A stretch of 64,000 bases of DNA from Pseudomonadota bacterium (GCA_041178425.1 JBEGVH010000031.1:32001-96000), one strand, 5' to 3'; numbered from the stretch's first letter, positions 12,520-22,109 are shown. Program-made: numbers and translations. The notes: generated by a model from the sequence alone, not told the origin.

Positions 12520-12714
12520 TTAGATGTGGTCAATAATAATATCGCGAGCCATTACGGTCTTGCGACCATCAGCCTTAGCTGATTCAATGCCACGAATGCA
12601 AAGCTGCTCAATCGCTTTACTGAGTACATCTATCGTTTCAGCAGATGTATTCATTTCGCCTTTTTCCTTAATAAACTTTTTTACCTTACTGGTTACTACC
12701 AAAACGTCTGACAT
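12520..12714 (-). CDS. Bacterial histone-fold protein (Bd0055/HBb type)
   Basis: 64 aa VLVVTSKVKKFIKEKGEMNTSAETIDVLSKAIEQLCIRGIESAKADGRKTVMARDI; histone-fold L2 signature A..xGRKTV...D; closely resembles B. bacteriovorus Bd0055 as recalled; GGAGG RBS. Confidence 0.92.
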   Translation of the reverse strand: MSDVLVVTSKVKKFIKEKGEMNTSAETIDVLSKAIEQLCIRGIESAKADGRKTVMARDIIIDHI

Positions 12715-12801
12715 AGTTCCTCCGCCGATGGTTTCACCTATGAATTGAAATACAAAGGAAGACTATTTTCAATAGAAGTTTTGCTGGGTTGCATTTATTT
12801 T

Positions 12802-14748
12802 TTATTCAAAGCTTGCTTGAACGACCTGAACCGAATCACGCTGAGGCTTCACTATTCTACCCAAAGCCCTGCGATTCCTACGAGAATAGACAATTAGGTT
12901 GGGTGAGTCCTGCTCAAGATTGAAAATTACGAAGCCACCACCATTGACGCCCCGCTCAACAGGCTTCCCCGTTGGATCAAAGTAAACAGTTTTTGATTTA
13001 GAGTTCTTATTGGGGATTTCCACAAAGAAATCCTCTCCTTGCACAAACCCAACGATACTACCGGTATCCAACTCTTCATTTATTTTTAACGATGCTCGCA
13101 TTTCCTCGAGCCACTCCCTTGGAATCAAGGGAAGATGAAGATAATCTAAAAGGTGATGATAGCTTAAATGCATTGGCTCATAACCCGCCTCAGGCAAAAC
13201 ATTGATAAACGATATTCCTTTTGTTTTGGGAATCTCAAGCACAAGGGCGCCCGTTGGGTCTAACTCGAAGATGTCGTTTAACTGCTGAACCTCAATTTTC
13301 GCTGGACGAGACTGCCCAGAGAAAGCATCAAAACTTCTTACCGTGATGGAAGCCGCCTCCGTTGGAGTTTCTGCAATGATGTTGGTTACCTTACCCGGGA
13401 AAAGAAGCACATTTTGGTGGTAGCCCTTCCCGTTTGGTAGGCCTATATAGAGATCCTGCCAACCATGCTGGCTCCCAACAATGGTAAACATTCCGTTTTC
13501 TGAGGTTTGCTGCTGAGTGCGATCTGGCAGGTAAAATCCACCAAAATAACTTGTTGGGCCCAAGGAAGAAATCACTGTTGCTCCTTCAACAGGGCGCCCA
13601 CTGGCCTGAATCACACCATAGATAAGTGAATCTCCACGATCCAAATCAAGAGAAATATCGCTTTCATTCAATATCTCGCGAAGCCCCCAGATCATTCGCT
13701 CGGGTAGAAGCATTACATCAGACCCTGCTCCTATATCTACTAAGGCTACCGAATTACGATGATTTTGAGATTGCCCCTCAACCACTAGCTGCGATTGTGG
13801 ATCGAACTCATTCACCTCGTAGTCACTCTCCAAAGCAGAGCCAAACCCCCAGCTCGTTGCAAGACCTAGTGTTGCTTTAAGCTGTTCGGATTTTCCATAG
13901 GCTGAACTCACTCGCACAGGCAACTTTTGAGCCGTTCTTTTTAAAACTAGTTTTGCACCCTTAGCTAATAAAAGATCCGAAACCGAAATTAACCCTTCAC
14001 CTTCGACGCCACCCCTTTGATTGGTTAAACGACCAACAACGACTCCACGGGTGCTATTAACCTTCATCGAAAAGGTTCCACGATTAAGATCAATCGCAGC
14101 CACTTCTTTAGCAACACCCTCTTCAAAACGTCTCACATCAATAAAATGTTTATCCGTAAGGGCAAGACTGCCATCTCGAACAAATTCGATTTCGCCTTCA
14201 ATCGCTAGCCCTTCTTGTCGCTGTAAAGGTGCTTGCTCTGGTTGTTTGTTTTCAGCCAAAACTTCTCTAAGACGGTCACCCAGCGCTTGATTTTCGGTGG
14301 CCGGATGAATGTCCTCTATTTGTAGGCCTCGACGTTCCTTTGCTAATTTTAATCTCAGCTTTTCCTCGTCATTAAAAATATTGGGACCTTCACTGAATTC
14401 TTGGGGTCCGCTATTTGCTGTAATGATTGGTGATTGTGGCTCAACTTGCTCCAGAAAACCAAAACTTAATTCTTCTAACTGAAGCAGCTCAAGTTCAGGT
14501 GGACCAACTTTAAGCTCAATAACTGTATCAGCGTTGCTTTGCTCGATGACAACGCCTTCTTCGTCGAGGATCTCAAGGGCCATGGACGGTGGAAATTTTT
14601 GCGAAAGATTTAAATCTATTTTTTCAACTCGGAAGCCTAGGTCATCGCGACCTAAAGAGGGAGCGTGCAAACAAGTCCATGCCACCAATGCTAAAAGCAG
14701 CAGTGAATGAACTAAGTTTATTTTGCTAAAAAAGCTCCGGTGGTTCAT
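12802..14748 (-). CDS. Large exported hypothetical protein with carboxypeptidase-regulatory-like beta-sandwich segments
   Basis: N-terminal hydrophobic signal; GVIQASGRPVEGATV...TSENGMFTI; start may be ATG 14748 or 14754. Confidence 0.6.
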   Translation of the reverse strand: MNHRSFFSKINLVHSLLLLALVAWTCLHAPSLGRDDLGFRVEKIDLNLSQKFPPSMALEILDEEGVVIEQSNADTVIELKVGPPELELLQLEELSFGFLEQVEPQSPIITANSGPQEFSEGPNIFNDEEKLRLKLAKERRGLQIEDIHPATENQALGDRLREVLAENKQPEQAPLQRQEGLAIEGEIEFVRDGSLALTDKHFIDVRRFEEGVAKEVAAIDLNRGTFSMKVNSTRGVVVGRLTNQRGGVEGEGLISVSDLLLAKGAKLVLKRTAQKLPVRVSSAYGKSEQLKATLGLATSWGFGSALESDYEVNEFDPQSQLVVEGQSQNHRNSVALVDIGAGSDVMLLPERMIWGLREILNESDISLDLDRGDSLIYGVIQASGRPVEGATVISSLGPTSYFGGFYLPDRTQQQTSENGMFTIVGSQHGWQDLYIGLPNGKGYHQNVLLFPGKVTNIIAETPTEAASITVRSFDAFSGQSRPAKIEVQQLNDIFELDPTGALVLEIPKTKGISFINVLPEAGYEPMHLSYHHLLDYLHLPLIPREWLEEMRASLKINEELDTGSIVGFVQGEDFFVEIPNKNSKSKTVYFDPTGKPVERGVNGGGFVIFNLEQDSPNLIVYSRRNRRALGRIVKPQRDSVQVVQASFE

Positions 14749-14749
14749 T

Positions 14750-14857
14750 AACATCCTTGTTGGTGCTGTAGTAACTCCTTTACTACACCTCCTTTAATCC
14801 TAAGGACTCTTTGGGTCTTGGGTCAAATACACCGATCAAGCCAAGACCAACATCCCC
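14750..14857 (-). promoter_or_regulatory. Leader with multiple GGA motifs, putative CsrA/RsmA sites
   Basis: AACA-AGGA-UGUU hairpin on the RBS, UGUAGUAA-AGGAG-UUACUACA hairpin, and three further GGA motifs. Confidence 0.55.
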
Positions 14858-14862
14858 TAGCC

Positions 14863-15363
14863 TCACAAATAGGTTTTTGAAATAATCGTTTTTCCTTGGC
14901 CATAAAACTCGACATTAGTCACATTCGTCTGATTCATTATTCTATCCAAGGTCTGGCCCATGATTGGATGATGAAAAGAGCGCCAAACCTCCCAGGCACA
15001 ATAAAGCCAGGAGGTGTCTGCAATCATGTTTGGATGGGGAAGCGTCACCGCCGGTGTTATAAAAACAGTTTGATCGTAAACCATTAAAAAACACTTCATG
15101 GGTTCGATGACTTTCATGGTTTCATCAAAACGCTGTTCAATTTTTTTTAGCTCATCAATAACTTTTTCTGCCGACCACGAGGTGGAGAGTTTTAAAACCA
15201 CCCGTAAATTAGGATGCTCACTTCCAATGCCCGACTGAACGACCGTTGAAGCTGAGAGAATCTCGGCGAAGTCGTTTAACTGATCGATAGTCCAACGGAG
15301 AATGTCCAGCCCTTTCAAAAGTCCGGCTTCAATTCCTACGAGTATTTGTGAACTCTCTTCCAT
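14863..15363 (-). CDS. FolK/HPPK-fold protein with degenerate active site
   Basis: LKKIEQ, VTLPHPNM and HP..G.T match HPPK; GSN, RxWGPR and DxD motifs absent. Confidence 0.7.
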   Translation of the reverse strand: MEESSQILVGIEAGLLKGLDILRWTIDQLNDFAEILSASTVVQSGIGSEHPNLRVVLKLSTSWSAEKVIDELKKIEQRFDETMKVIEPMKCFLMVYDQTVFITPAVTLPHPNMIADTSWLYCAWEVWRSFHHPIMGQTLDRIMNQTNVTNVEFYGQGKTIISKTYL

Positions 15364-15375
15364 GCTAGCCCTTAG

Positions 15376-16077
15376 TTACGAAATGACATCTTCCATTTTG
15401 TATAAACCCGATGGCTTCTGCAAAAGCCATTGAGCAGCGACCATCGCCCCTCGAGCAAATACCGTACGATTGATGGCTGTATGTTCAATTTGTAGAATTT
15501 CTTCATCTGAGACAGCGTACACTTTGTGAACACCAAAAATTCCTCCTCCCCTCATGACCATCGGAGGGGGACATGCTCTTCCGATCACGCTCTCAAGTTC
15601 CTGCTGCAGATGAATTGCTGTTCCACTCGGTCGATCTTTCTTGTGCCGATGATGCCACTCCTCAACTTGAAAATCGAAGTCCTTGGTAGCTTTAAAAACC
15701 TTAAGGGCATTCTTCATTACGGCAATTCCAAGGCTCATGTTTGGCGCCCAAAGTACTGGAATAGCAAGGGAGGCCTGCTTGAGCGCATGATGTTGATTGG
15801 AACTGAGACCAGTTGTGCCACTGACGAAAGGGATTTTATTTTCTACGCAAAACTCAAGCGCTTTATCAAAAAGTTCGGGAGAAGAAAAATCGATTATAAT
15901 ATCAACGGACCCTTTTTCCACCTGAGAAATCGAATGAACATTTTGTCTAAACCCGTCTGCTTTGTGTCCTACACCACTTGCCGCTACAAAGCTTTCAGAT
16001 TGATTAATTAAAGATAACAACTCTAATCCTACGCGCCCCCCAGCCCCGATCACACAAACTCTCGATGGCATTATCAT
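15376..16077 (-). CDS. dapB: 4-hydroxy-tetrahydrodipicolinate reductase
   Basis: GAGGRVG, IDFS, SGTTG, APNMSLG, EWHHRHKKDRPSGTA. Confidence 0.95.
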   Translation of the reverse strand: MIMPSRVCVIGAGGRVGLELLSLINQSESFVAASGVGHKADGFRQNVHSISQVEKGSVDIIIDFSSPELFDKALEFCVENKIPFVSGTTGLSSNQHHALKQASLAIPVLWAPNMSLGIAVMKNALKVFKATKDFDFQVEEWHHRHKKDRPSGTAIHLQQELESVIGRACPPPMVMRGGGIFGVHKVYAVSDEEILQIEHTAINRTVFARGAMVAAQWLLQKPSGLYKMEDVIS

Positions 16078-16937
16078 AGTAGACCAACCTTTTCGAGTTC
16101 GCCACGAAGCTTAAGGGCATTTAGTTCCTCTAATTCGCAGAGTGGCAAGCGCAATTCGGCCGATCCAATTATATTCATGAGTTGCAATGCTTTTTTTACG
16201 GGAATCGGATTGGCTTCACAAAATAGAAGATTAATCAGAGGCAAATAGCTTTTATAGCTCACGTCGAGACCCTGCGATTCGATGAGTGAAACAAAGGCTT
16301 TTGGAATAATATGGCTCGCCACGGAGATAACGCCGTGGCCTCCGGCCTGCAAAAATTCAGCATAGGTACCATCATCACCCGAAAGCATTATAAATTCTTT
16401 TCCACATGACTTAATTATTTCTTTAGCAAATTCAATGTTCCCAGAGGCCTCTTTGATTCCAATGATGTTTTTGTGTTGGGATAACTTTTGGATGCTCTCA
16501 ATCGAGAGAGATGAGATGGTCCGCGAAGGCACATTGTAGAGAAGCACTGGGACACCCACCGAACTGGCTACGGCTTCAAAGTGAGCCACCAATCCCCGCT
16601 GAGGTGGCTTATTGTAGTAAGGCACCACTACTAAAAGTGCATCCGCTCCAAGAGCCTCTGCTTTTTGACTGATTTCAATTGTCTTCTTCGTTGAATTTGA
16701 GCCCGTTCCCACAATTAGGGGGATGCTTTTGCCAACTCTTGCTTTGGTGAAATTAAAAATCTCAACCACCTCGGACCATTCAAGAGTGGGGCTCTCTGCG
16801 GTAGTTCCATTGACAACAAACCCTCCAACGCCTGCTGCGAGTTGCTGTTCAATGAGTTTGCTTAAAGATTCAAAATCAACCTTTCCATCCCGAAAGGGGG
16901 TGACCAACGCAGTGAAAGTCGTCTTCAAATTTTTCAC
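16074..16937 (-). CDS. dapA: 4-hydroxy-tetrahydrodipicolinate synthase
   Basis: ALVTPF, NGTTAES, PYYNKP, YNVPSRT, GIKEASG, NPIPVK. Confidence 0.96.
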   Translation of the reverse strand: MKNLKTTFTALVTPFRDGKVDFESLSKLIEQQLAAGVGGFVVNGTTAESPTLEWSEVVEIFNFTKARVGKSIPLIVGTGSNSTKKTIEISQKAEALGADALLVVVPYYNKPPQRGLVAHFEAVASSVGVPVLLYNVPSRTISSLSIESIQKLSQHKNIIGIKEASGNIEFAKEIIKSCGKEFIMLSGDDGTYAEFLQAGGHGVISVASHIIPKAFVSLIESQGLDVSYKSYLPLINLLFCEANPIPVKKALQLMNIIGSAELRLPLCELEELNALKLRGELEKVGLL

Positions 16938-16972
16938 AGAAAAACCTTTCTTTCGATTAAAAATTATCAGTC

Positions 16973-17794
16973 CTAGTAGAGCTCAACTTCTTCGTCGAGA
17001 CCAGCTGGGCCAGTGAGCCAACAAAACTTTTTAGAGCTATCAAGATCGACTCTCAATAAGCCGCCCGGAGTTTGAACTTCAAGAGTGTTCTGATTGGCGT
17101 CGGCACCTTGGAGCTGAGAGAGTGCCATAGCAACAACCCCTGTTCCGCAAGAAGCCGTAAAATTTTCAACTCCTCGTTCAAAGGTGACTCCGGCCAAGCC
17201 CTCTGGGCTTCTTCTAAAAAAACTAACATTAGCGCCAGCACTTCCAAAGTCAGCGTGATAACGAAAGTGTTTTACCAAGGGAAGAAGTGACGACCTTTCA
17301 AGAGATTCAACCTCAATGACCGCATGAGGAACCCCGGTATTAATGTAGCTATATTTTATGTTCTTAGAATCAATTTTTTCAATGTCCCACAATTTATAAA
17401 TTTTGTGCTCAGGCATCTTCACGCTGAAGTTTCCATTTTCAAGAATCTTTACCTCAACGACACCAGCGATGGTTTTAAACGATACTTTGGGCTCCGTAAA
17501 GTTGGCATACGACCTTACGTAGAAGGCCATGCATCTAGCCGCATTGCCACACATTTCGGCGGAGGAGCCATCTTTGTTATAAAAGTCCCAAATAAAATCG
17601 ACGGGTTCGTTTGGTTCATGTTTTTTAACAATCACAAAGCCATCTGCGCCCGATCCGAATTTTTGGCACGCTAACTGAGCGAGCTCGGAGGAATTAAGCC
17701 CCCGAAGGGAAGCAGGAAGGGTATGTTCTCTAAGCTCTTTATCCGAGATGAAAAAAAACGTGTTCTGGGTGGCGCTAAGGCGACGAAAATTCAT
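16973..17794 (-). CDS. dapF: Diaminopimelate epimerase
   Basis: GADG, N.DGS.AEMCGNAARC, NTGVPH, ERGV..T.SCGTG. Confidence 0.93.
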   Translation of the reverse strand: MNFRRLSATQNTFFFISDKELREHTLPASLRGLNSSELAQLACQKFGSGADGFVIVKKHEPNEPVDFIWDFYNKDGSSAEMCGNAARCMAFYVRSYANFTEPKVSFKTIAGVVEVKILENGNFSVKMPEHKIYKLWDIEKIDSKNIKYSYINTGVPHAVIEVESLERSSLLPLVKHFRYHADFGSAGANVSFFRRSPEGLAGVTFERGVENFTASCGTGVVAMALSQLQGADANQNTLEVQTPGGLLRVDLDSSKKFCWLTGPAGLDEEVELY

Positions 17795-18051
17795 TATTTC
17801 TTCACCTTGCTGGGCTTTTTATTGTTTTCCTTGGTAGGGGTATTCGGGACTGGCTGTGGTCGCGGAGTTGGTGTTAATGTTTCTTTCGGTGATTGGCCAG
17901 ACCCAATGGCCTCGATCGACTGGCTCTCTCTTATTCCTTTGCCAATAGCGGGTGGGTATTCAGGTACGGTGGGTCGACCTTTTACTCCACATCCGGCAAT
18001 AAAAAAGGCAAGAGTCCCTACTGAAAAACCAAAATACAATAGCGATTTCAT
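17794..18051 (-). CDS. Small lipoprotein, LptM (YifL/LppL)-like
   Basis: Lipobox IAGC followed by GVKGRP (family motif CGxKGxL), Pro-rich tail; TAATG coupling to dapF. Confidence 0.65.
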   Translation of the reverse strand: MKSLLYFGFSVGTLAFFIAGCGVKGRPTVPEYPPAIGKGIRESQSIEAIGSGQSPKETLTPTPRPQPVPNTPTKENNKKPSKVKK

Positions 18052-18054
18052 CGC

Positions 18055-18903
18055 CTAGTTACTCCTTTCGCTCCTCGAGCGAAATTCATCGATTTCTTTA
18101 ACATGATCACAGACCCATGGGTCCATCCAGTGATAAGCTTTATCAAATGAGGGCAGCTTATGGCAGAGATTTTTATACTTCTCCGAGAGCAATCTCTTTT
18201 GGAGCAGATCTTTCTCCAGAGCCCAAGCAACATATAATAATTCTGGGTTCTCATCGTCGAGCTTTTGGGTATTTGAGTCTTTATTTAATTCGAAAGCTGA
18301 AACCCGAAAGCGGTTAACGATCAAAAAGCTCGGGGAGACAGATGATAGTTCAACTTTATTCAGATTTTCCAGCGATTGAGTGCGGTTATTCTGACATATA
18401 AAAATCAGTGTCTGGAGATTTTCTATGTCAGGATCAAAGGGATTAATTTTTAAAAGATCTGAAAGATACTTTTGTGACTGTTGGCACTCTTTTATGGCCA
18501 ATAGAGCAAATGAAAGACTCTTGAGAATCGAGCCGTTCATGGGCTCAATTTTTAACGCTTCTTTTAAGTTTTCGGCAGCCTGGGCTCTATTCAGGTTGTA
18601 ATCTGCGATGGCCACCTCATAGGACTGCTGGGCTTTTTCAGAAAAAAAGAGCTCAGCCGTTTTTTTTAGAGCCCTTTTTAATTCAGGAAATGCGACAGAC
18701 TTCAATCCCTCTTTGGCAATAGTACCGATGAGTATCTGTGAGGCTTGATTTCGATCGCGTTGCAAAAGCAGAACTTGAGATTTTAAAATTTGATCTTGGA
18801 AAGTTTCGAGATTTTCAGGGATTTTTTTGGTCCATCCCAACGACGAAGATAAAAAAAGAAAAAGGGCCACCAAAATGGCAGCCCTTTCGTAAAAACCGAT
18901 CAT
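18055..18903 (-). CDS. Exported TPR-like helical-repeat protein
   Basis: Signal peptide; A..LKEALKIEP and L..LLKINP TPR-like repeats. Confidence 0.6.
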   Translation of the reverse strand: MIGFYERAAILVALFLFLSSSLGWTKKIPENLETFQDQILKSQVLLLQRDRNQASQILIGTIAKEGLKSVAFPELKRALKKTAELFFSEKAQQSYEVAIADYNLNRAQAAENLKEALKIEPMNGSILKSLSFALLAIKECQQSQKYLSDLLKINPFDPDIENLQTLIFICQNNRTQSLENLNKVELSSVSPSFLIVNRFRVSAFELNKDSNTQKLDDENPELLYVAWALEKDLLQKRLLSEKYKNLCHKLPSFDKAYHWMDPWVCDHVKEIDEFRSRSERSN

Positions 18904-19481
18904 TACTTTTTCTCGAAAGAAACAAGCTCGGTAACAACTTCACCCATTTGGCTTTGACCAAGAGATTTAATCATACCTGAGATTGGGATCAACTTTGGAT
19001 TAGCCCACTGCTCAGTGTCTTTGTTCTCTTTTTTATCATGAATTTTGAAGTAAACAGCGTCAAAAGTTCCAGCAGGCACTGTTACTTTGCTTTCTTTTAC
19101 TTCAACAACTTCCATTTCGCCTTGCTCTGGTGGAGCTTGCTCTTTTCCATCAACAACTACTTTTTTGATAGCGCCAGTATTTGGATCAATCAAAACAGAC
19201 ATTTGTTGTTTTCCAAGAAAGCCAAGATCTACATTTTGATCTAACCAGTAACCTTCAGCGTTCTTTTCACGAACGATGACATCAAGTTTTCCCTTGATAA
19301 ATGAGGCCATTGACAAGTCATAGTGACAAGCATCGCCGATCGCCCAGTTGATCCCCGCTGTTTGAGCTTGGAAAACCGCTGTTTGCTCTACTGATTGAAG
19401 CAAGGCTTGGGTTGGAATTTCATTTGCAGAAGCAAAAGAAGCTGCGAACAATCCCAGCACAACAAGAATATTCTTTAACAT
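18903..19481 (-). CDS. Secreted beta-rich hypothetical protein (DUF3108-like)
   Basis: Signal peptide ending ASA; VTVPAGTFD motif; GGAGG RBS. Confidence 0.65.
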   Translation of the reverse strand: MLKNILVVLGLFAASFASANEIPTQALLQSVEQTAVFQAQTAGINWAIGDACHYDLSMASFIKGKLDVIVREKNAEGYWLDQNVDLGFLGKQQMSVLIDPNTGAIKKVVVDGKEQAPPEQGEMEVVEVKESKVTVPAGTFDAVYFKIHDKKENKDTEQWANPKLIPISGMIKSLGQSQMGEVVTELVSFEKK

Positions 19482-19629
19482 AATCCCTCCTAATGAATTT
19501 GGATCAGAGAATCTCTAACCCTCTTAAGTGGACTAAGTGAAGACAACCCTTGATGAGGAGTCAAGAGAAACTATTTATAAATTTTCTTTACGATGAAAGC
19601 GCAGGCGTCAAATTGAGCGCTTCGCGCTA

Positions 19630-21981
19630 TTACTGCGGACCGTAGCCCTTAACTAGCACTTGTCGTGGCTTACTCCCATTTGCACCGCCGATAACACCCT
19701 CTCGCTCCATGATCTCTATAAGTCGAGCCGCTCGAGGATAACCCAATCGATACTTCCTTTGAAGAAGCGAGGCACTGATCTCTTTGACGGAAGAGGCAAA
19801 AGCAACTACCTCATCATACATCTCATCGTATTCATTGTCTCCGCCAGAGGAATCGTCAGAAAATCTATTTTCTCTGTCACCATTATCTTCTAATAGGCTC
19901 ATCAGATGGGCGTCATACTGTGGCTCTGATTGTTCACTCCAGAATTGAGCCACTTTATTAATTTCAGCATCAGATAACCATGGCCCATGATGCCGGACGG
20001 GCTTATCCGTTCCAGGGGCTCGAAATAACATATCCCCCCTCGCCAACAATCTCTCAGCGCCTGATTCATCGAGAATAATTCGCGAATCCATTTTACTTGC
20101 AACCTTAAAACTAATTCGGCCAGGGATATTCGTTTTAATTAATCCAGTAACGATTTCTTTTCGCGGACTTTGCATACAAAGCGTTAGATGAATACCGCAG
20201 GCCCTTGCCAATTGGGCGAGTCGAACTACACTCTGTTCGACATTATCCGAGTCAATTTGCATTAGATCGCCAAATTCTTCGACGACAATAACTAGGTATG
20301 GAAGCTCTTCAAAATAATACTTTTGATTTTTCTTATTTTTATCCTCTAATTCATCATTTGTTTTTTTATGAGCTTCTTTGTCTTCTGAGGACAGAGCCTT
20401 CACTGTTTCATTGTAGGCCTCAAGCCCACGGGCACCAAATTTGGACATTGAGCGATAGCGCTTGTCCATTTCTTTAACGGCCCAGCGGAGAGCTGCAACT
20501 GCCTTTGGCGTTTCAACAATGGGCGGCAATAACAAGTGAGGAATTTGGCTGAAGGCTGCCAGATCCACCTGCTTTGGATCAATTAAAATCATTCGCAGTG
20601 TTTTTGGTGAATGCCTGAAGAGCAAACCCGTAATCGTAGAAACAGTGAAGACCGACTTTCCTGACCCCGTTGACCCAGCAACAAGCAAGTGAGGCATCTT
20701 TCTTAAGTCGACAATTTGCGGATCTCCATTTGTTTGTCGCCCTAGTGCGATAGGGAGCTTCATGTCGTCTTTCCAAAAATCCTCCTCTGCCAGGAGGTCT
20801 TTTAGATAAACGGTTTCTCTTGTCGTATTAGAGCTTTCAATGCCAACAACATCTCGCCCAGGGATGGGCGCGATGATTCTTAGCGATTCACTTGAGAGAG
20901 CAATCGCTAAATCGTTTTCCATACTTGTTATGTTACTGAGCTTTACTTCAGCGTTGGGCTTGAATTCAAACATCGTCACGGCGGGGCCCGACTTTACGGC
21001 CACCACGTTCCCAGTCACATTAAAGAGTTTGAGCTTCTCTGTTAATTGCTCGGCTTTTCGCTTGAGTTCCTCTTTATCCACTTTTGCACGAGTTGCAGGA
21101 GGATCTTCGAGCAAATTGAGTTTGGGCATATTCCAGTTTTCAATCCTCGCAGGTACATGGGATTTAAGAATCACTTTTCGCTTTGGCGCCGTCTTCAAAG
21201 CTGGAGCCACCTGGGTCGATGCCTCGGCGTCCTCCTCTTCGTCATTGCTCTGCACTGAAAATTCAGCAGCCACCGATTTTTCAGATTTTTTCGCAGGAAC
21301 AACCTCTTTAATCCGCTTTGTGACTACGTTTTTCAGCTTCTCTTGGAGAGTCTCAGACTCTGAGTCTTTTTCTAATTTATATTCTATGGCTTTAAAGGGA
21401 TCATCTGTATCCTTGGTCGATTTTTTATCCAAACGCGCTTCTTTTGGAAAAAAACCTAAGACGAACTCATAGAGCTCTCTGAGATTTTTTTGAGTAAGAA
21501 CGACCGCCAACACAGCGACCCCAACCCATAGAAGAATCTTTGACCCTATCGGGTTAAGGATTCTCTCGAGACCGCGCCCGATGAGATCTCCAATTAAGCC
21601 GCCTACTTGAATATTATTATTGTAGAAGAGTGCATCGCTAAAATGAAGCTGCATCAAACTGGTTGCAATCAGAACTAAGGCTAAAAACGGTAGAAACTGA
21701 ATGTGTTTTGCCGTTGGTAGGCGGCCGCGAACACCATCAACTCCATAAAAACCAAAATATGGAACCCAGAGCCAACTTCCAAGCCCAAAGAGGTGAAACA
21801 CGGAATCCGACCAAAAGCTCCCCACAAGGCCACATAAGTTTTGTGCCCTCATAAACGTCAAATGATTGAAAGAGGGATCCGTTGGGTTGTAGCTATAGAG
21901 TGACAACAGTGTCACAGTAGACATAAGTAAAAAACCGATCCCAACAAGGTCTGAGTAAAATTTTCCAATCCATTTTTTCAT
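19630..21981 (-). CDS. ftsK: DNA translocase FtsK
   Basis: N-terminal TM domain, PHLLVAGSTGSGKS, GAERLLARGDML, gamma domain SASLLQRKYRLGYPRAARL; start at ATG 21981. Confidence 0.96.
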   Translation of the reverse strand: MKKWIGKFYSDLVGIGFLLMSTVTLLSLYSYNPTDPSFNHLTFMRAQNLCGLVGSFWSDSVFHLFGLGSWLWVPYFGFYGVDGVRGRLPTAKHIQFLPFLALVLIATSLMQLHFSDALFYNNNIQVGGLIGDLIGRGLERILNPIGSKILLWVGVAVLAVVLTQKNLRELYEFVLGFFPKEARLDKKSTKDTDDPFKAIEYKLEKDSESETLQEKLKNVVTKRIKEVVPAKKSEKSVAAEFSVQSNDEEEDAEASTQVAPALKTAPKRKVILKSHVPARIENWNMPKLNLLEDPPATRAKVDKEELKRKAEQLTEKLKLFNVTGNVVAVKSGPAVTMFEFKPNAEVKLSNITSMENDLAIALSSESLRIIAPIPGRDVVGIESSNTTRETVYLKDLLAEEDFWKDDMKLPIALGRQTNGDPQIVDLRKMPHLLVAGSTGSGKSVFTVSTITGLLFRHSPKTLRMILIDPKQVDLAAFSQIPHLLLPPIVETPKAVAALRWAVKEMDKRYRSMSKFGARGLEAYNETVKALSSEDKEAHKKTNDELEDKNKKNQKYYFEELPYLVIVVEEFGDLMQIDSDNVEQSVVRLAQLARACGIHLTLCMQSPRKEIVTGLIKTNIPGRISFKVASKMDSRIILDESGAERLLARGDMLFRAPGTDKPVRHHGPWLSDAEINKVAQFWSEQSEPQYDAHLMSLLEDNGDRENRFSDDSSGGDNEYDEMYDEVVAFASSVKEISASLLQRKYRLGYPRAARLIEIMEREGVIGGANGSKPRQVLVKGYGPQ

Positions 21982-22109
21982 ACCCTTAATTTCTCTTATC
22001 GGAAGCGCAAACAAAAGCAATTCTCTTACAAAAGCCTAGAAGTAAGACCTTTGACGGGGATTTTCGCTTTTCAATCTTCTAGTATTCGTAGTAAGTCTCG
22101 ACTCGACTT

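Noticed and set aside
21996..22025. TCCGATAA upstream of ftsK as a sigma28 -10 element (minus strand)
   Set aside because: No convincing -35 at the right spacing; left uncalled
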